Positions 51,659 to 63,614 of a stretch of 64,000 nucleotides of DNA are shown here, piece by piece; position 1 is the stretch's first letter; each line of letters begins with the position of its first letter. A model generated the notes under the pieces. It saw only the letters and a list, made by a program, of their open reading frames with translations. It did no database searches and had not been told where the DNA came from. Source of the DNA: Tortispora ganteri (taxonomy: Eukaryota); the NCBI GenBank assembly GCA_003707115.1, contig PPNB01000011.1, positions 124,001-188,000 on the forward strand. The letters are read 5' to 3'. Position numbers and translations under genes: made by a program.

Positions 51659-52402
51659 GGACCCTTGAACCATCAGAAAACGACCAACCAATTTACTAGG
51701 TGCAATTAAGAAACTTTTCGTTGCCGCAGTTTATGTAACTGGGCATATTGCTCACACATATTGCTCAGACGAGTCAGTATATGCTTTGCGGCCTGCGCCA
51801 CTTGGATGTTTCAGAATTGCTCAGCGGTTTAAGATTAGCAGCTTATTTTGCGCACTAAGAGTTGCATGTGTTCAGCGCTTATACCATTCAATCTATACTG
51901 CTGCACTACCCTTTATTGATACCAATAAACCACAACCTTTCTGCCAGCAATTCTGACCCTTTCAACTGATATGTTTAATTTATCATTTGACAGAATATAG
52001 GGACTTCATATCGATATGTCCTGACAGAACCCCTCTGTCTGCTGCCCGTTTCCCCTGGGTGTTCATTGGACCCTTCCTTTTTCTGCAGCCGAAGGACCCT
52101 GAGTCGCTTCTCGCCTAGTCTGGCGCAGTAATTGTGCCATACAGTTTTTTCCTTGCTAATATAATAAGACGCAGCTGCAAGGATATTCCCCGGCTTTGTT
52201 GCTTTTCCTTTGTTCTACATACACAGACTGTTCGGTTACGCCGTTACTACTAGCCATTAGCTAAAGGGCCTCCGCTGTTTGTTGTCGTTTTTGTTGTCTT
52301 TTTCGTTATCGTTTTGTTGTTATTATATTGCTTCACTTAATTGACCGCATCAGAACTTTTTCCAAATTTACGTCCAACTATACGCTGTTCTTGCCCGACC
52401 CT
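51659..52402 (+). promoter_or_regulatory. Cluster of Nrg1-type sites (GGACCCT x3, GACCCT x2)
   Basis: GGACCCT at 51659, 52068 and 52094; TGACCCT at 51954; CGACCCT at 52396. All are on the same strand. Confidence 0.55.
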
Positions 52403-52800
52403 CCAAGGCACGCTTCTCAAGGGCATAAGGGGCCCAATCTCATCTCAACCACCTTTACCGCCATACCCTTCGGGTACTTATACGGATCGATTCCCTGTGT
52501 TTAGCATACTTCCCTTTACTTTCTTTCTTACATCTACAAACAACGAATATCGTCTGTAGATCTGCTTTTCAGGCTTCCTGCATTAACACACCTATCACTT
52601 GGGAGACTATACAGATACTGCCAAGATTCATCACTTTCCTAATTAGGCACTGACGTGAACTGCTTATACTCTATTAGAGACCGCATACACAGTTCTCATC
52701 CAAACCATTATTGTCATTAGAAGACCGTTTTTTTAATCTTTATCTGTTTTTATCTTCTGTGGCGTTTATTATACTGCCATTTTTGGACGACACTGCTACC

Positions 52801-54309
52801 ATGTCCCGCTCAGATACGCTTGCACACCTTTCTCAGTATACAGCCAGCATGTCTATGCCTAACCTGACTTCCATTACCGGTCTAGTTGACGATTTTGCCA
52901 GCCCAAAGACTCAAAATGGACCAATAACGGAAAATAACTCGCCTATGCCCGAGACCACCTCTCTCTACCGGGACATGGCCACGTCGAGCAATACACTGGG
53001 CGCGCGTGCTGATGAGGACGCTTCTATATCCTCTTACAACAACTCTTCCAGAGACATATCTATGTCTCCGGGCATTGATAATGCGGCTGTACTGCAGAAA
53101 ACCGAGCCGCAGATGGTAGTCACTGCGCAACTCCATTCTGAATCATCTGGAGTGGACGTCGTGCAAACTTCCACCCCGCTTCACCGTGTCGACGATCTTG
53201 ACCGTTCAGCAAACTATTCAAGCACTGTCGATAGTCCTGAGTACTTAGACAGCCAACAGCCTATTGCTGGTCGCTCATACTTTCTTCCTGTTGGCTACAA
53301 CTCTCAAGGATCGTTTACCAGCGGCGCTAGTAGTCAGCCTTACTCTTCGGCATCCCCAAAGACCGCCCCGTCCTATAGGAGCCAGTTGCAAAAGAGTAAC
53401 ACATTGGATATGAACCGAGATACACATATTGACGCCAACCCATATTCTAACAGTTATTTCTCTTACGAATCTGGATCTCAGTTGAACGGCAATTATGGCA
53501 GTACCGGTAACCTGCTCGACTATTCAAACTACAACTCGTATTCACGCCTCTCGGACACCATGGACCGTAATATTGCCTATACATCATTGCAAAGCCCTAC
53601 AAATGGATTACAATCGAGCGCCTTATATCATAGCCACGGTATGTCGCAGATGCTTGGCTCGCCTATCGATTCTGCATACAGCTGGACAGGCCGTGATCTG
53701 TCATCGTCCAGCGTACCTATGCAGACGCTTTCTGGAGGTGCAACGTATGATATTCGGCCATACACCTCTTATTACCCGCGGTCCATGGACTCGCGCGTAC
53801 CTTCGCGTGCTACTCATAGCTCGCGCTGCAATTCGCCAGCGACTAGGCTACCAAACTCCATTATCGTTGCGCGAAATAGACGTGATTCAATCAACAGGCC
53901 GTTGAGCGCCGCTGGAGCAGCCGCAAAACGCTCCCGCAGATACCAGTGCGAGGTAGAAGGTTGTGGTAAAACTTTTACTACATCTGGACATTTGGCACGT
54001 CATCGTCGTATACATACAGGTGAAAAGAAGTTTGTATGTAATGTGAACGGTTGTACTGCTAGGTTTTCACGTCAGGATAACTGCAACCAGCATAGACGGA
54101 CTCATGAGAAGCACCAGCAGCGTCGTAGAATCCATGATGATTCTTTAGAGACTAACACGCAGCTGTCGTATTCGTTCAGTCAACAGACACCTTCTGGTGG
54201 TAGCATGTCTTTTGCACTTCCGCAATTACGAAATGGTGCACGTTTTGACAAACAAACAGATTCTGCATTGAGCTTTCAGGGTAGCTCAGCTGGACCGTAC
54301 ATTAACTGA
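52801..54309 (+). CDS. C2H2 zinc-finger transcription factor, Nrg1-like
   Basis: Two fingers with FTTSGHLARH..IHTGEK and C.ARFSRQDNC.QH..TH, the Nrg1 signature, after a long Ser-rich N-terminus. ATG at 52801. Confidence 0.85.
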   Translation: MSRSDTLAHLSQYTASMSMPNLTSITGLVDDFASPKTQNGPITENNSPMPETTSLYRDMATSSNTLGARADEDASISSYNNSSRDISMSPGIDNAAVLQKTEPQMVVTAQLHSESSGVDVVQTSTPLHRVDDLDRSANYSSTVDSPEYLDSQQPIAGRSYFLPVGYNSQGSFTSGASSQPYSSASPKTAPSYRSQLQKSNTLDMNRDTHIDANPYSNSYFSYESGSQLNGNYGSTGNLLDYSNYNSYSRLSDTMDRNIAYTSLQSPTNGLQSSALYHSHGMSQMLGSPIDSAYSWTGRDLSSSSVPMQTLSGGATYDIRPYTSYYPRSMDSRVPSRATHSSRCNSPATRLPNSIIVARNRRDSINRPLSAAGAAAKRSRRYQCEVEGCGKTFTTSGHLARHRRIHTGEKKFVCNVNGCTARFSRQDNCNQHRRTHEKHQQRRRIHDDSLETNTQLSYSFSQQTPSGGSMSFALPQLRNGARFDKQTDSALSFQGSSAGPYIN

Positions 54310-54471
54310 CAGAAAAATATGTAAGAATGCATATGCTTTCTAATTTTCGCATTCTTTTATTAATGACCTTGAATATGTAGATACTGTCCGCTATTATTTC
54401 TTTAAAGATTAATTCAAATACTACTCACAGATACATACACACCAAAGGATTTTCATGAAAATAAAGCACAT

Positions 54472-57400
54472 CTATATGTACAAAGAACCCGCAGAAACTA
54501 AGTCACGTTTAGACAGGCGTAGTACTTCCTCCATTTTACTCTGTAAGTCAGAACTGCCAATTACTTTCGCAGCTTCAATCATCTGGTTCACAAGCTCTTC
54601 CATGCGTCTGAATACACGAATAAGCGATCCTTCATAAACTTCTGTCATTTTGCAGATCTGACTGAACGTAGCACCCTTACACCAGCTGTAAACGACATCC
54701 ATAAGCTCTGAGTGAAAGCTGTCCACGTATTCATTTTCGATTGTTTCTAGTTGACATTCGATCTCCACTTTCGCAACTTTGCGCGCCGTTTCCTGTAATA
54801 GTCGCAGCGGTTCAGACAATTCAGCAGGCAATCTGGGCGCGTCTTTCACTTTCTCATCAAACACAAAGCACGAAAGAAGAGCAGCACACTGTTCAGGAGT
54901 CAAATCGTTAAACATACCGTTAAATATTAGCTCAGTAAGAACAAGCTCATCACCCGCATTAATCTCACAGGCTACACGGCCTTTCAATTCAATAATCTCA
55001 TTATCAGCAGTGAACTCAAGCTGTCGTAAAACCCTGTTCCTCTTCTTCAATTCCTCCAGCTGAATAATCGATTTCGTATCCTTCAAGGACTTCAAAATGG
55101 CTTCGTATTTCTTCTCCAGAGCAACTTTCTTAGAGAACTCATCGTATATGCGTGATAGTTCTGCCGAATGTGCCAGAGGATTAGAATCTAGTCTTTCTTT
55201 AAGGGCTTCCTTCCGTGAAAGAATAGTTTTGAGTTCAGGATCGTCGATGTTCATGTTATCCACAGGATCCAGCAGCGGAATACCTTCAGTATAGTTATCT
55301 AGAGCCTTCTTCACAGCTTTCCATGCCAGTGACTTGTGTACAGGAGACTTCACCTCTTTAGGCATCTGGATACGCACTTTGCTAATAGCCACAACACTGT
55401 CCAATACCACAGGGAAGATTTCTGCTTTTCCAGAAATTAGATCTTTAGGAACATCTACTCTCGAGAGAGCAGATATGTTGGATTTACTTGATAACGGCGG
55501 TGTAGCTACAGGTACCCACACCAACACATCCAAGAAATAAGCTTCCATTGGCGGATACTCGGGGTTTCGCGGGTTCGTAGGACGTTTGAAGTATTTGATC
55601 AATGCACACCAGCCGAAATCCTTTTCGCCAACTTTTATCTTCAAAAGACGTCCGGGTTGTAAAAATTTGAGCGAGTTTCCAGGATGAATAACGATCTTTC
55701 TCACATCATTGTCGTAAGACTCCATTTTGTTCTTGATTTCGTAATAGTTTCTGATTTCAGCTTCAGACTCAACTTTAGTGTTTTCTATTTCCTTCGCCAG
55801 AGTCTCCTTTTCGGCCTCCAGTTGTGGCACTTCTGTAATTTTCTGAAACTGGTAAAAACACCTCTCGAGCATAAACTCAGAGGAGATGCCCCCGACTCGA
55901 AGTAAATTGAGAATCATGTTGTATGTCAGATGAAACGCAGAGTCCAGTCTGTCAGCCTGGCCTTTTACCATTCCTTTAGCCACACTTGGTTCCATTTGCG
56001 AGTCGACCATCATTATAACAATACCGCGATCGTCAAGACCACGACGTCCAGCGCGACCACTCATTTGAATATATTCACCTCCAGAAACCCAGCGCAGCTC
56101 TTTGCCGTCAAACTTTTGAACGCTTGTGAACACGACAGTTTTAGCAGGCATATTCAGTCCAATAGAGAAAGTCTCAGTGGCAAAAAGAACTTTGATGTAG
56201 CCCTCTTGAAAAAGAATCTCTATGACTTCCTTCAGGATCGGCAGCATACCGCTGTGGTGAATACCAATACCACGACGCAGAAGCACCAAAATATGTCTGA
56301 TCTGAGGCAGTTCGCGGTCGTCATCGCTAAGCTGACTGATCGCATTCATAAACACTTTTGTAACCATTTCGTGCTCTTCTTCGTTATTGAAGTCCAGTTT
56401 GCTCATTTTAAGCGCTAAAGCTTCACATTCGCGTTTGCTGAAACTGAAAACAATTACTGGATCGTATTTTCTTGTCATTATAAGCTTGATAATTTTGTAA
56501 ATGTCACTGGGCTGGTTAGAATTACCACCCTTATAGGTTTTGCCTTTCTTTGATCTCTTCGAAGGTAAATCCGAAGGGTCATCGCCGGCCTTAGCAGAAA
56601 TGAGGCCCATGGCTTTCTGGAAGTTCTCTTCGCGGAACGTCCCCTTTTCATCGACAACAAGAAATATTCCGTCGCTTCCAGCGGGAAACAGGTAGTGCTG
56701 CAGCGGGGTTGGGCGGAAGTCTGTGTACACGATATGACAGGGTTGGTTGTGGATCTTACAGATCCACTCGGCAAATTGCATGGCATTGGGGATCGTTGCA
56801 GAAAGGAATACAAATCGGACTTTGTCAGGTAACAGAATAATTGCTTCCTCCCATACCACACCTCTTTCGCGGTCGCGCATATAATGGATCTCGTCGAAGA
56901 TGACCCATGACACCTCGCGCATGACCTCAGAGCCCTTGTAGAGCATTGATCGCAGAATTTCCGTAGTCATGACTAAACAGCCGGCATTAGGATTGATAGT
57001 AACATCACCAGTCATGAGACCAACGTCTCCAAAACAGTCATTGAGTTCTCTGTACTTCTGGTTACTTAGCGCCTTGATCGGCGAAGTGTAAATAACGCGT
57101 TGCTTCTCTCTAAGCGCCTGGGCAATGGCGTATTCGGCCACAACAGTTTTACCTGCACTAGTATGTGCAGAGACGAGAACGCTTTCGTTTCTGTCGATAG
57201 ATTTCACTGCTGCATCCTGGAACGGATCAAGAGTGAACGGATACGTTCGCGCCGGATCTTTAACGACGTGTGTGTTCAAAGAAACGTAGTCGTAGTCTTT
57301 TGGAAGCGCAACCTGGTGACGAATCTGATGAGAAAGTTTGACCTTGTGTTCTGCTTCTGACGTCGATTGCGTCTGCAGTCCAGCCGAGTAGTCTACTTCA

Positions 57401-57705
57401 CGAGAAGCTTCAGTCTCAAAGGAATCTGCAACAACAGGAATAGACTGATCGTCCTTTGAATCAAGACCTTCATGGACCTCTAGTTTACCGTTTGTATGTT
57501 TTTGTTTTCCGTTCTCTGCCTTACGTGCTTCTTTCTTTGCTTGTTTGTGCAATTTACGTTTTTGGTTCTTCGTCAGCGCCTTGCCTTGTTGATCGCTATC
57601 CGGTCCATATTCCTGGCGGTCTCGTTTCGTGCCCACACTGGCAAGTAGATCCTCAGACGCGTCTTCGTTAAACGCCGAAAACAGGTCGGCACCAAGATTC
57701 GACAT
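54472..57705 (-). CDS. MTR4: Ski2-like RNA helicase Mtr4 (TRAMP/exosome)
   Basis: [25 protein letters not shown], arch/KOW insertion and C-terminal SLYI. Confidence 0.97.
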   Translation of the reverse strand: MSNLGADLFSAFNEDASEDLLASVGTKRDRQEYGPDSDQQGKALTKNQKRKLHKQAKKEARKAENGKQKHTNGKLEVHEGLDSKDDQSIPVVADSFETEASREVDYSAGLQTQSTSEAEHKVKLSHQIRHQVALPKDYDYVSLNTHVVKDPARTYPFTLDPFQDAAVKSIDRNESVLVSAHTSAGKTVVAEYAIAQALREKQRVIYTSPIKALSNQKYRELNDCFGDVGLMTGDVTINPNAGCLVMTTEILRSMLYKGSEVMREVSWVIFDEIHYMRDRERGVVWEEAIILLPDKVRFVFLSATIPNAMQFAEWICKIHNQPCHIVYTDFRPTPLQHYLFPAGSDGIFLVVDEKGTFREENFQKAMGLISAKAGDDPSDLPSKRSKKGKTYKGGNSNQPSDIYKIIKLIMTRKYDPVIVFSFSKRECEALALKMSKLDFNNEEEHEMVTKVFMNAISQLSDDDRELPQIRHILVLLRRGIGIHHSGMLPILKEVIEILFQEGYIKVLFATETFSIGLNMPAKTVVFTSVQKFDGKELRWVSGGEYIQMSGRAGRRGLDDRGIVIMMVDSQMEPSVAKGMVKGQADRLDSAFHLTYNMILNLLRVGGISSEFMLERCFYQFQKITEVPQLEAEKETLAKEIENTKVESEAEIRNYYEIKNKMESYDNDVRKIVIHPGNSLKFLQPGRLLKIKVGEKDFGWCALIKYFKRPTNPRNPEYPPMEAYFLDVLVWVPVATPPLSSKSNISALSRVDVPKDLISGKAEIFPVVLDSVVAISKVRIQMPKEVKSPVHKSLAWKAVKKALDNYTEGIPLLDPVDNMNIDDPELKTILSRKEALKERLDSNPLAHSAELSRIYDEFSKKVALEKKYEAILKSLKDTKSIIQLEELKKRNRVLRQLEFTADNEIIELKGRVACEINAGDELVLTELIFNGMFNDLTPEQCAALLSCFVFDEKVKDAPRLPAELSEPLRLLQETARKVAKVEIECQLETIENEYVDSFHSELMDVVYSWCKGATFSQICKMTEVYEGSLIRVFRRMEELVNQMIEAAKVIGSSDLQSKMEEVLRLSKRDLVSAGSLYI

Positions 57706-58223
57706 CGTTTCTGCGCCCTGTTTGGCTTTTCGGCGACTGCAAGTACAAAAAATTATTCTTGAACGCTTTTCATTTAAAGTTTAGACAAGTTACCCGACCC
57801 AACTTTTTTCGTCAAACTCAAGACATTATATTCTTTACTTCTTTCTGCTCGATGAACGCTTTCTATTTATAAATGCCTTGTCACAAAAGAAGTAGATCAC
57901 TAAATATATACAGTACATTATATTATATAACAAAGAGTAACAGCTGATATAATAGGCGAATTATAAATCGACATTGTTTTCGCAGATCAATTGTAGTAAC
58001 TGCAAGACATTGTTGGCACAGCAACCACATTTAAGTTTAGAAAAATCTGGCCATTGACCGACCGGCTGTTTTCCTCCTTCTTCTCTTATACCACTCCATT
58101 ATCTTACTATAATTTCTAGTTAGCGGTTGTATAACAGATTGTTATTCGCTGAACAAGAGACTATATTTGTATTTTGCACATAATTAACTGCTAAACGATC
58201 TATTTTTACAAGTTACAAGAACA

Positions 58224-58481
58224 ATGATCCGATCAATCGCAAAGAACAACTTCCCGAGAATGTTTCGTGCCGGCCGCGCCTCCGGAAACAGACAATTCTC
58301 TTCGAATGCTGTCAGACGGTCTACCCACTACGAAGAAGGTGTCTATTCCAACATTCCTTTCAAGATTCATAACCGCCGGTTCGTTCCCTACTGGGTTCTA
58401 CACTTCGGATTTCTTGGTCTTGGATTCTTTGCTCCCTTCATTGTTGCCTACATTCAAATGAAGAGAAGCGGTAGCATCTAA
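58224..58481 (+). CDS. COX8: Cytochrome c oxidase subunit VIIc (yeast Cox8)
   Basis: Presequence followed by HYEEGVYSNIPFKI...GLGFFAPF. Confidence 0.9.
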   Translation: MIRSIAKNNFPRMFRAGRASGNRQFSSNAVRRSTHYEEGVYSNIPFKIHNRRFVPYWVLHFGFLGLGFFAPFIVAYIQMKRSGSI

Positions 58482-58680
58482 ATGCTATAAAGGTTTTGAA
58501 ACATTTGCCGAACCATTTTCTGGAACTGTTGACTGAATACATTATATGACTTTCAAAATCTTAAGAGGTCGTCATTCCTATCTATTTCGTAAATTGTGGT
58601 TCCTTTGTAGGCCCTACCCAAGTAACCTTTACTCCACCTAATTGGGACTTCCATTATAACTTCAAAATTTTCCTTTAACA

Positions 58681-61600
58681 ATGAGGAACCTCATTTCAAT
58701 ACGCCGCACTTGCTTCACTTCAACCGATGACAAGCTATCTCATTGCCTGTACGATGAAATGAACCAAGCTGTATTGGCTGTATCTGCACCAGCAAATGGG
58801 TACTTACTCCTAGAGGTGATTCTAGACGCTGATCCACACAGTCCAATAGTCCACATGCTCGAAATTGATCCGGCTGTTACTTCAATCATAGACTTCCATG
58901 CTCTTCCTGACGAGTCCACTGTTATTTTCTGCACAAATTCTGGCCACATATACACAATGACTTACCAGACTGCACCAGAAGTCCCTGCTTTGGACTCGTT
59001 TGCTGTTCTTGTAGGAACTATCGATAATGGGATCAGCGCAGTTGCATGGTCGCCAGATGACGAAATGATCACTCTTGTGTCTTGCAGAAACGAAGTAACT
59101 CTACTTACGCGGTCGTTTGATTTGGTAGCTGAAACTAACATGACATCTGATGATCTATCATTGTCTCGCGGCGTGTCTGTGGGATGGGGCAAGAAGGAAA
59201 CGCAGTTCGAAGGTAAAGGCGTCAAAGGTATGCGTGATCCGACTATGCCAGAGTATGTAGATACTGGTGTGGCAAGTCCACAGGATTCATACACTACTGT
59301 TGTCTCTTGGCGTGGAGACAGCCAGTATTTTGCGGTATCCACACACAGAAAAGAAGACAACAGGCGTGCTATACGAGTGTACTCAAGAGAATTATCGCTG
59401 GATAGCATCTCTGAAGCTACGGACGGCTTAGAAGCACCTCTTGCATGGAGGCCTTCTGGAAATGTGATCTGTTCCATCAAACGGTCTGACTCTCAACTTA
59501 TAGTTGCATTCTTTGAACGTAACGGCTTACGTCACGGTGAGTTTGACTTGCTTTTGGACTCTTCATGCCCGATCCAATCTCTCGCTTGGAATTTTTCTTC
59601 TACTATTTTGGCCGTTCACTTAGAGCGATCTGTTCAGCTATGGACTGTATCAAACTACAAATGGCATTTGAAAATGGAGGTATCATTGCTTTCTGGGGAC
59701 TATATTCGATCAATATCCTGGGACAGTTCAGACGATAGACTAGTACTGACTGGAATCTCTTCTATTGAAGTGCATGAATTTGCGTTCACTATAATATCTG
59801 GATCGTTGTCTATGCCACATGATATTGGTCTTGTTGCTGTACTTAATGGCCGCAGAATTGCATTGACGCCCTTGAAGATAGCTAATGTTCCTCCTCCAAT
59901 GTGTTTTCGTCAAATAGACGTAACTGAAACGCCTAAAAGCGTTGATATAAGCAATGACAACAAACGTATTTGCGTTTTGGCTGGTACTTCTTTGTATATT
60001 TACGAATGGACTCCAGCCAGTGCCAAATCAGCTGCTCCAGTGCTTGTCGGGTCTACTGAACTAAACCTGGAAGGTCGTCTAGTTGCAGCTTGTTTCCTTA
60101 AAAACAATATTGTTGTTTTATCGGAGAATATCACCAGTTGCATGATTTCTATCTACTCTAACGAGTTGTCATTCACGCACTCAATAGAGACACCAACTAA
60201 ACTCTCGCAGCTACACTCGTCTGAAACAGCTATAGTAGCGATAGACATGAATAATGCAGTCTATTTGTTGCACGAAAAAGCCACCGAATTTCCTTCACCC
60301 CAACATGTTCTTCCTTTTGTGCCTATATGGGTTGACGAACACGCTGGACAGGTATTTGCGTTAACTAAATCAGGTAAGCTTTATGTTGACGAAATACAGA
60401 TTGACAAACAGGTGACTTCTGCCTGTGTATCTTATCCGTATATTGCTGTCACAAACATGCGCAATATGCTTAAATTTGCGCCGCTTTCTGACCCGCAGTC
60501 TTTGCCGACGGACGACTCGTCAGACGAACGCTGCAGAGCTATAGAAACTGGCGCCAAACTGATCACTATAATTCCGTCTAAAACAGCAGTTGTTCTTCAA
60601 ATGCCGCGCGGGAACCTCGAGACTATCTTTCCGCGTCTGTTGGTAGTAGCTGAAATTCGAAGATGCATTGACGCAAAGAATTATGCGCAAGCCTGGAGAC
60701 TCAGTCTGATAAACAGGGTCGACTTGAACTTTCTTTATGATTACAACCCTGTTTTATTCTTGGAGAACGTTGACTCCGTGATTACAGCTGTTGGTTCTGG
60801 TGAAAATCTTGACATTCTCATGGCTTCTCTCAATGACGAAAATACAGCTGCGACGAAATTCAGAGACACAATCACCACACCGACTCAAGAACTCCCCCTG
60901 AAATACGAGGACAAGCAAAACATTGTTTGTGAAGCAATTTTGAAATCGCTTACTACAACTTATGCTAATGATCCTGATTATTCGCTTTCTGTGCTTACTG
61001 CGCATCTTTCTATGAAACCGCCAAAAGTCGAAACCGCTCTTGCGCTAGTATCAAAGAAGTTTGGCGATCAATTAGAGGAAGCCGTACAACATTTGTGCTT
61101 CTTGCAGGATGTCAACGTCCTGTATGACTTTGCTCTAGGCCTGTATGATTTGCCGCTGACGCTACTCATTGCGCAGAAATCTACTAAAGACCCTAAAGAG
61201 TACGTGCCGTTTTTACAGGGACTTGAACAACTGTCTGAATTGCGTAGGAAATACCAGATTGACGATTTTCTGAAACGCTATAGTAAGGCGCTGGCCAGTT
61301 TAGTGAAAATTGACACTGCATTTAATGAAGCATGCGACTATATAGTGCTGCATGAGCTTTATCAGGAAGGTCTGAAACTTCTGGGTGCAGATAAAGATAA
61401 AGTCCGCCGCATTCAACACTTATATGCTGACTTCCTCTACGCAAAGAAGGACTATGCGCTCGCTGGTATAACTTATGAAATGTTGCACGACTACAACTCT
61501 GCTGTTCAGTCTTATAAGTCCAAAGGTTTGTGGAGAGAGGCACTAGCCGTTGCCCGCAAGGCTTCTTACTCGGCAAATGAGTTACGTGTGCTAGCAGTAG

Positions 61601-62310
61601 ACCTTGCCTCGTTTTTGACTGAAAGTCACCAATATTCGGAATCTGCGATTATCTACAAAGACTACTTAGATGATTACGAGAACTCTATACTGATGTTCTG
61701 CAAGGCATACCAGTTCTCTGATGCCTTAAGAGTTGCAGCTGCTTATGACATGGAGTCTATAGCTAAAGATAGTATTGCAGATGGGTATCGCCATATTGCT
61801 GAGTTTGTTTCGGAGTGCAAGGCGCAGGTTGAGTCTCAAACAAGAAGGTTAGCAGAACTCAGGATAAAGAAAGAACAAGATCCATTAGCATTCTATGAGG
61901 GAGATGAGGCGGACGGCCCGGACAACGTTTCTGTTGCAAGTGAGTCTACACGTTCAATATATACGCGGTACACGGGACTTACGAGCCAAACCGCGGGAAC
62001 TGACGCTACTAGGCGTACATCAAAGAACAGACGACGAGAAGAACGAAAGCGCGCGCGTGGAAAGAAAGGATCGGCGTACGAGGAAGAATATCTTGTCAAT
62101 TCACTAGGCAGACTTTTCGCTCGTGTAGAAGACACACGTAAAGACGTGAATTCGTTGATTGAAGCTTTAGTACGTGTTGCCGAAGTAGATAAAGCTCAAA
62201 AGATACAAAAATTGATGGTGGAGTTGATATCTACTCTTAACGCTAGAACTAGTGATCTTGAACAGCCACTGATGCAAGATTTCCAAGGTCTAAAGATCTT
62301 GGATTTTTAA
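58681..62310 (+). CDS. IKI3: Elongator complex subunit 1
   Basis: VSVGWGKKETQF, SWRGDSQYF, FFERNGLRHGEF, LQMPRGNLE, QKSTKDPKEY and basic RRREERKRARGKKGS motifs. Confidence 0.96.
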   Translation: MRNLISIRRTCFTSTDDKLSHCLYDEMNQAVLAVSAPANGYLLLEVILDADPHSPIVHMLEIDPAVTSIIDFHALPDESTVIFCTNSGHIYTMTYQTAPEVPALDSFAVLVGTIDNGISAVAWSPDDEMITLVSCRNEVTLLTRSFDLVAETNMTSDDLSLSRGVSVGWGKKETQFEGKGVKGMRDPTMPEYVDTGVASPQDSYTTVVSWRGDSQYFAVSTHRKEDNRRAIRVYSRELSLDSISEATDGLEAPLAWRPSGNVICSIKRSDSQLIVAFFERNGLRHGEFDLLLDSSCPIQSLAWNFSSTILAVHLERSVQLWTVSNYKWHLKMEVSLLSGDYIRSISWDSSDDRLVLTGISSIEVHEFAFTIISGSLSMPHDIGLVAVLNGRRIALTPLKIANVPPPMCFRQIDVTETPKSVDISNDNKRICVLAGTSLYIYEWTPASAKSAAPVLVGSTELNLEGRLVAACFLKNNIVVLSENITSCMISIYSNELSFTHSIETPTKLSQLHSSETAIVAIDMNNAVYLLHEKATEFPSPQHVLPFVPIWVDEHAGQVFALTKSGKLYVDEIQIDKQVTSACVSYPYIAVTNMRNMLKFAPLSDPQSLPTDDSSDERCRAIETGAKLITIIPSKTAVVLQMPRGNLETIFPRLLVVAEIRRCIDAKNYAQAWRLSLINRVDLNFLYDYNPVLFLENVDSVITAVGSGENLDILMASLNDENTAATKFRDTITTPTQELPLKYEDKQNIVCEAILKSLTTTYANDPDYSLSVLTAHLSMKPPKVETALALVSKKFGDQLEEAVQHLCFLQDVNVLYDFALGLYDLPLTLLIAQKSTKDPKEYVPFLQGLEQLSELRRKYQIDDFLKRYSKALASLVKIDTAFNEACDYIVLHELYQEGLKLLGADKDKVRRIQHLYADFLYAKKDYALAGITYEMLHDYNSAVQSYKSKGLWREALAVARKASYSANELRVLAVDLASFLTESHQYSESAIIYKDYLDDYENSILMFCKAYQFSDALRVAAAYDMESIAKDSIADGYRHIAEFVSECKAQVESQTRRLAELRIKKEQDPLAFYEGDEADGPDNVSVASESTRSIYTRYTGLTSQTAGTDATRRTSKNRRREERKRARGKKGSAYEEEYLVNSLGRLFARVEDTRKDVNSLIEALVRVAEVDKAQKIQKLMVELISTLNARTSDLEQPLMQDFQGLKILDF

Positions 62311-62350
62311 TTTACTTTATTATGATTAATGATATGTTTTATGTGATTAG

Positions 62351-63505
62351 TTACTCCACTGGAGGGAAGTCCAGATGTTCTTCAGTAGATACTGGAGCAT
62401 CACCAATACTAGTGAGTATGACTTGAGTGACAGCATCATCCAGGCCGGCAAAAAAGTCAGTGTTGTAACCGGACAAAAGAGAGGCTGAAGTATTGGTATT
62501 GACCCATTTGTCGGCACATGGTACGGCTGTACGCAGCATTCCGAGAACTGCTTTCTCATCCTCCTGCTGGTAGTAGATGACACAATTTGGGCCTGCATCA
62601 AACGTATATGCAGCTATTATCTTGCCAGCGGCCCTGTTGAGCTCTTCGACGGCGCGAATGGCTTGCCTAGAGGCGTCGGTCATGTAGAAGATAGGTGGCA
62701 TTGAATCCAGACATACAGCATGGAATTGGTTGGAGTCGGCCATTGTGAGGGTAGCGAAAAGCTCAAAATCGTGATTCAATATGGCGTTTTTCATTTCTTC
62801 GTAACGTCTAGGGACAACGTTTTGGATTCTATGTTGGAACAATGACGAAGTTTTTACAGTTGTTTGCATGCCAGATGTCGAAGATATGTCTTTCTTCTGC
62901 GCCGATATGACAAGAATAGCAGCTTTTATAGTCGGCCAGTGTGATTTTGGCGCAATTTGAACTGCAAGAGAGTCTGAGCCATCATCTTTTGTGCCCATTT
63001 CCCAGCCCACGAAGCCTCCCATAAGTGACCTACAGGCAGAACCTGATCCCTGACGGGCGATACGCGAGAGTTCCTCTGGGGACTGTGGAAGCTCATAGAG
63101 GTTTGCGACGGCGCGCACAAGGGCGGCAAATCCAGCAGCGGATGATGCAAGTCCTGCAGCGGTGGGGAAATTGTTCTTGGAAAATATGTGGACATGGTAA
63201 GTAGACAGTGGAGGGAGACTGGAATTTGATTGTTCGAGCGTTGCACGCAAAGCACGCAGTTCGCGCATACATGCAGACAGCCTTGTAGATTGTTCTATGG
63301 GTTCCGGGACGCCGTTCAGGACAAGACTGTCGTCTTTGTAGGCAGGAGAAGCTGTAGCGGTGGTGTAAGCTGCCAGGTCATCTGTAGACAACGTTACGGA
63401 GATAGATGAGTTAGTGGGCAGGTTCAATTTGGTATCACGTTTGCCCCAGTATTTAAGGGTGGCAATATTGACCGGTGCCTTTGCGGAGGCGACATATACG
63501 GGCAT
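62351..63505 (-). CDS. MVD1: Diphosphomevalonate decarboxylase
   Basis: APVNIATLKYWGKRD, NNFPTAAGLASSAAG, RQGSGSACRS and YTFDAGPN motifs. Confidence 0.97.
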   Translation of the reverse strand: MPVYVASAKAPVNIATLKYWGKRDTKLNLPTNSSISVTLSTDDLAAYTTATASPAYKDDSLVLNGVPEPIEQSTRLSACMRELRALRATLEQSNSSLPPLSTYHVHIFSKNNFPTAAGLASSAAGFAALVRAVANLYELPQSPEELSRIARQGSGSACRSLMGGFVGWEMGTKDDGSDSLAVQIAPKSHWPTIKAAILVISAQKKDISSTSGMQTTVKTSSLFQHRIQNVVPRRYEEMKNAILNHDFELFATLTMADSNQFHAVCLDSMPPIFYMTDASRQAIRAVEELNRAAGKIIAAYTFDAGPNCVIYYQQEDEKAVLGMLRTAVPCADKWVNTNTSASLLSGYNTDFFAGLDDAVTQVILTSIGDAPVSTEEHLDFPPVE

Positions 63506-63614
63506 TGTAGGTGTTTTAAGGCAAGAAAGGAAGCGTCCACGCGGAGGTTGGTGAGAAGGAAATAAGGTTTTTGCACGAGAAGAAGAAAAAAATAGTCTTT
63601 AGACTGAGACGTTC

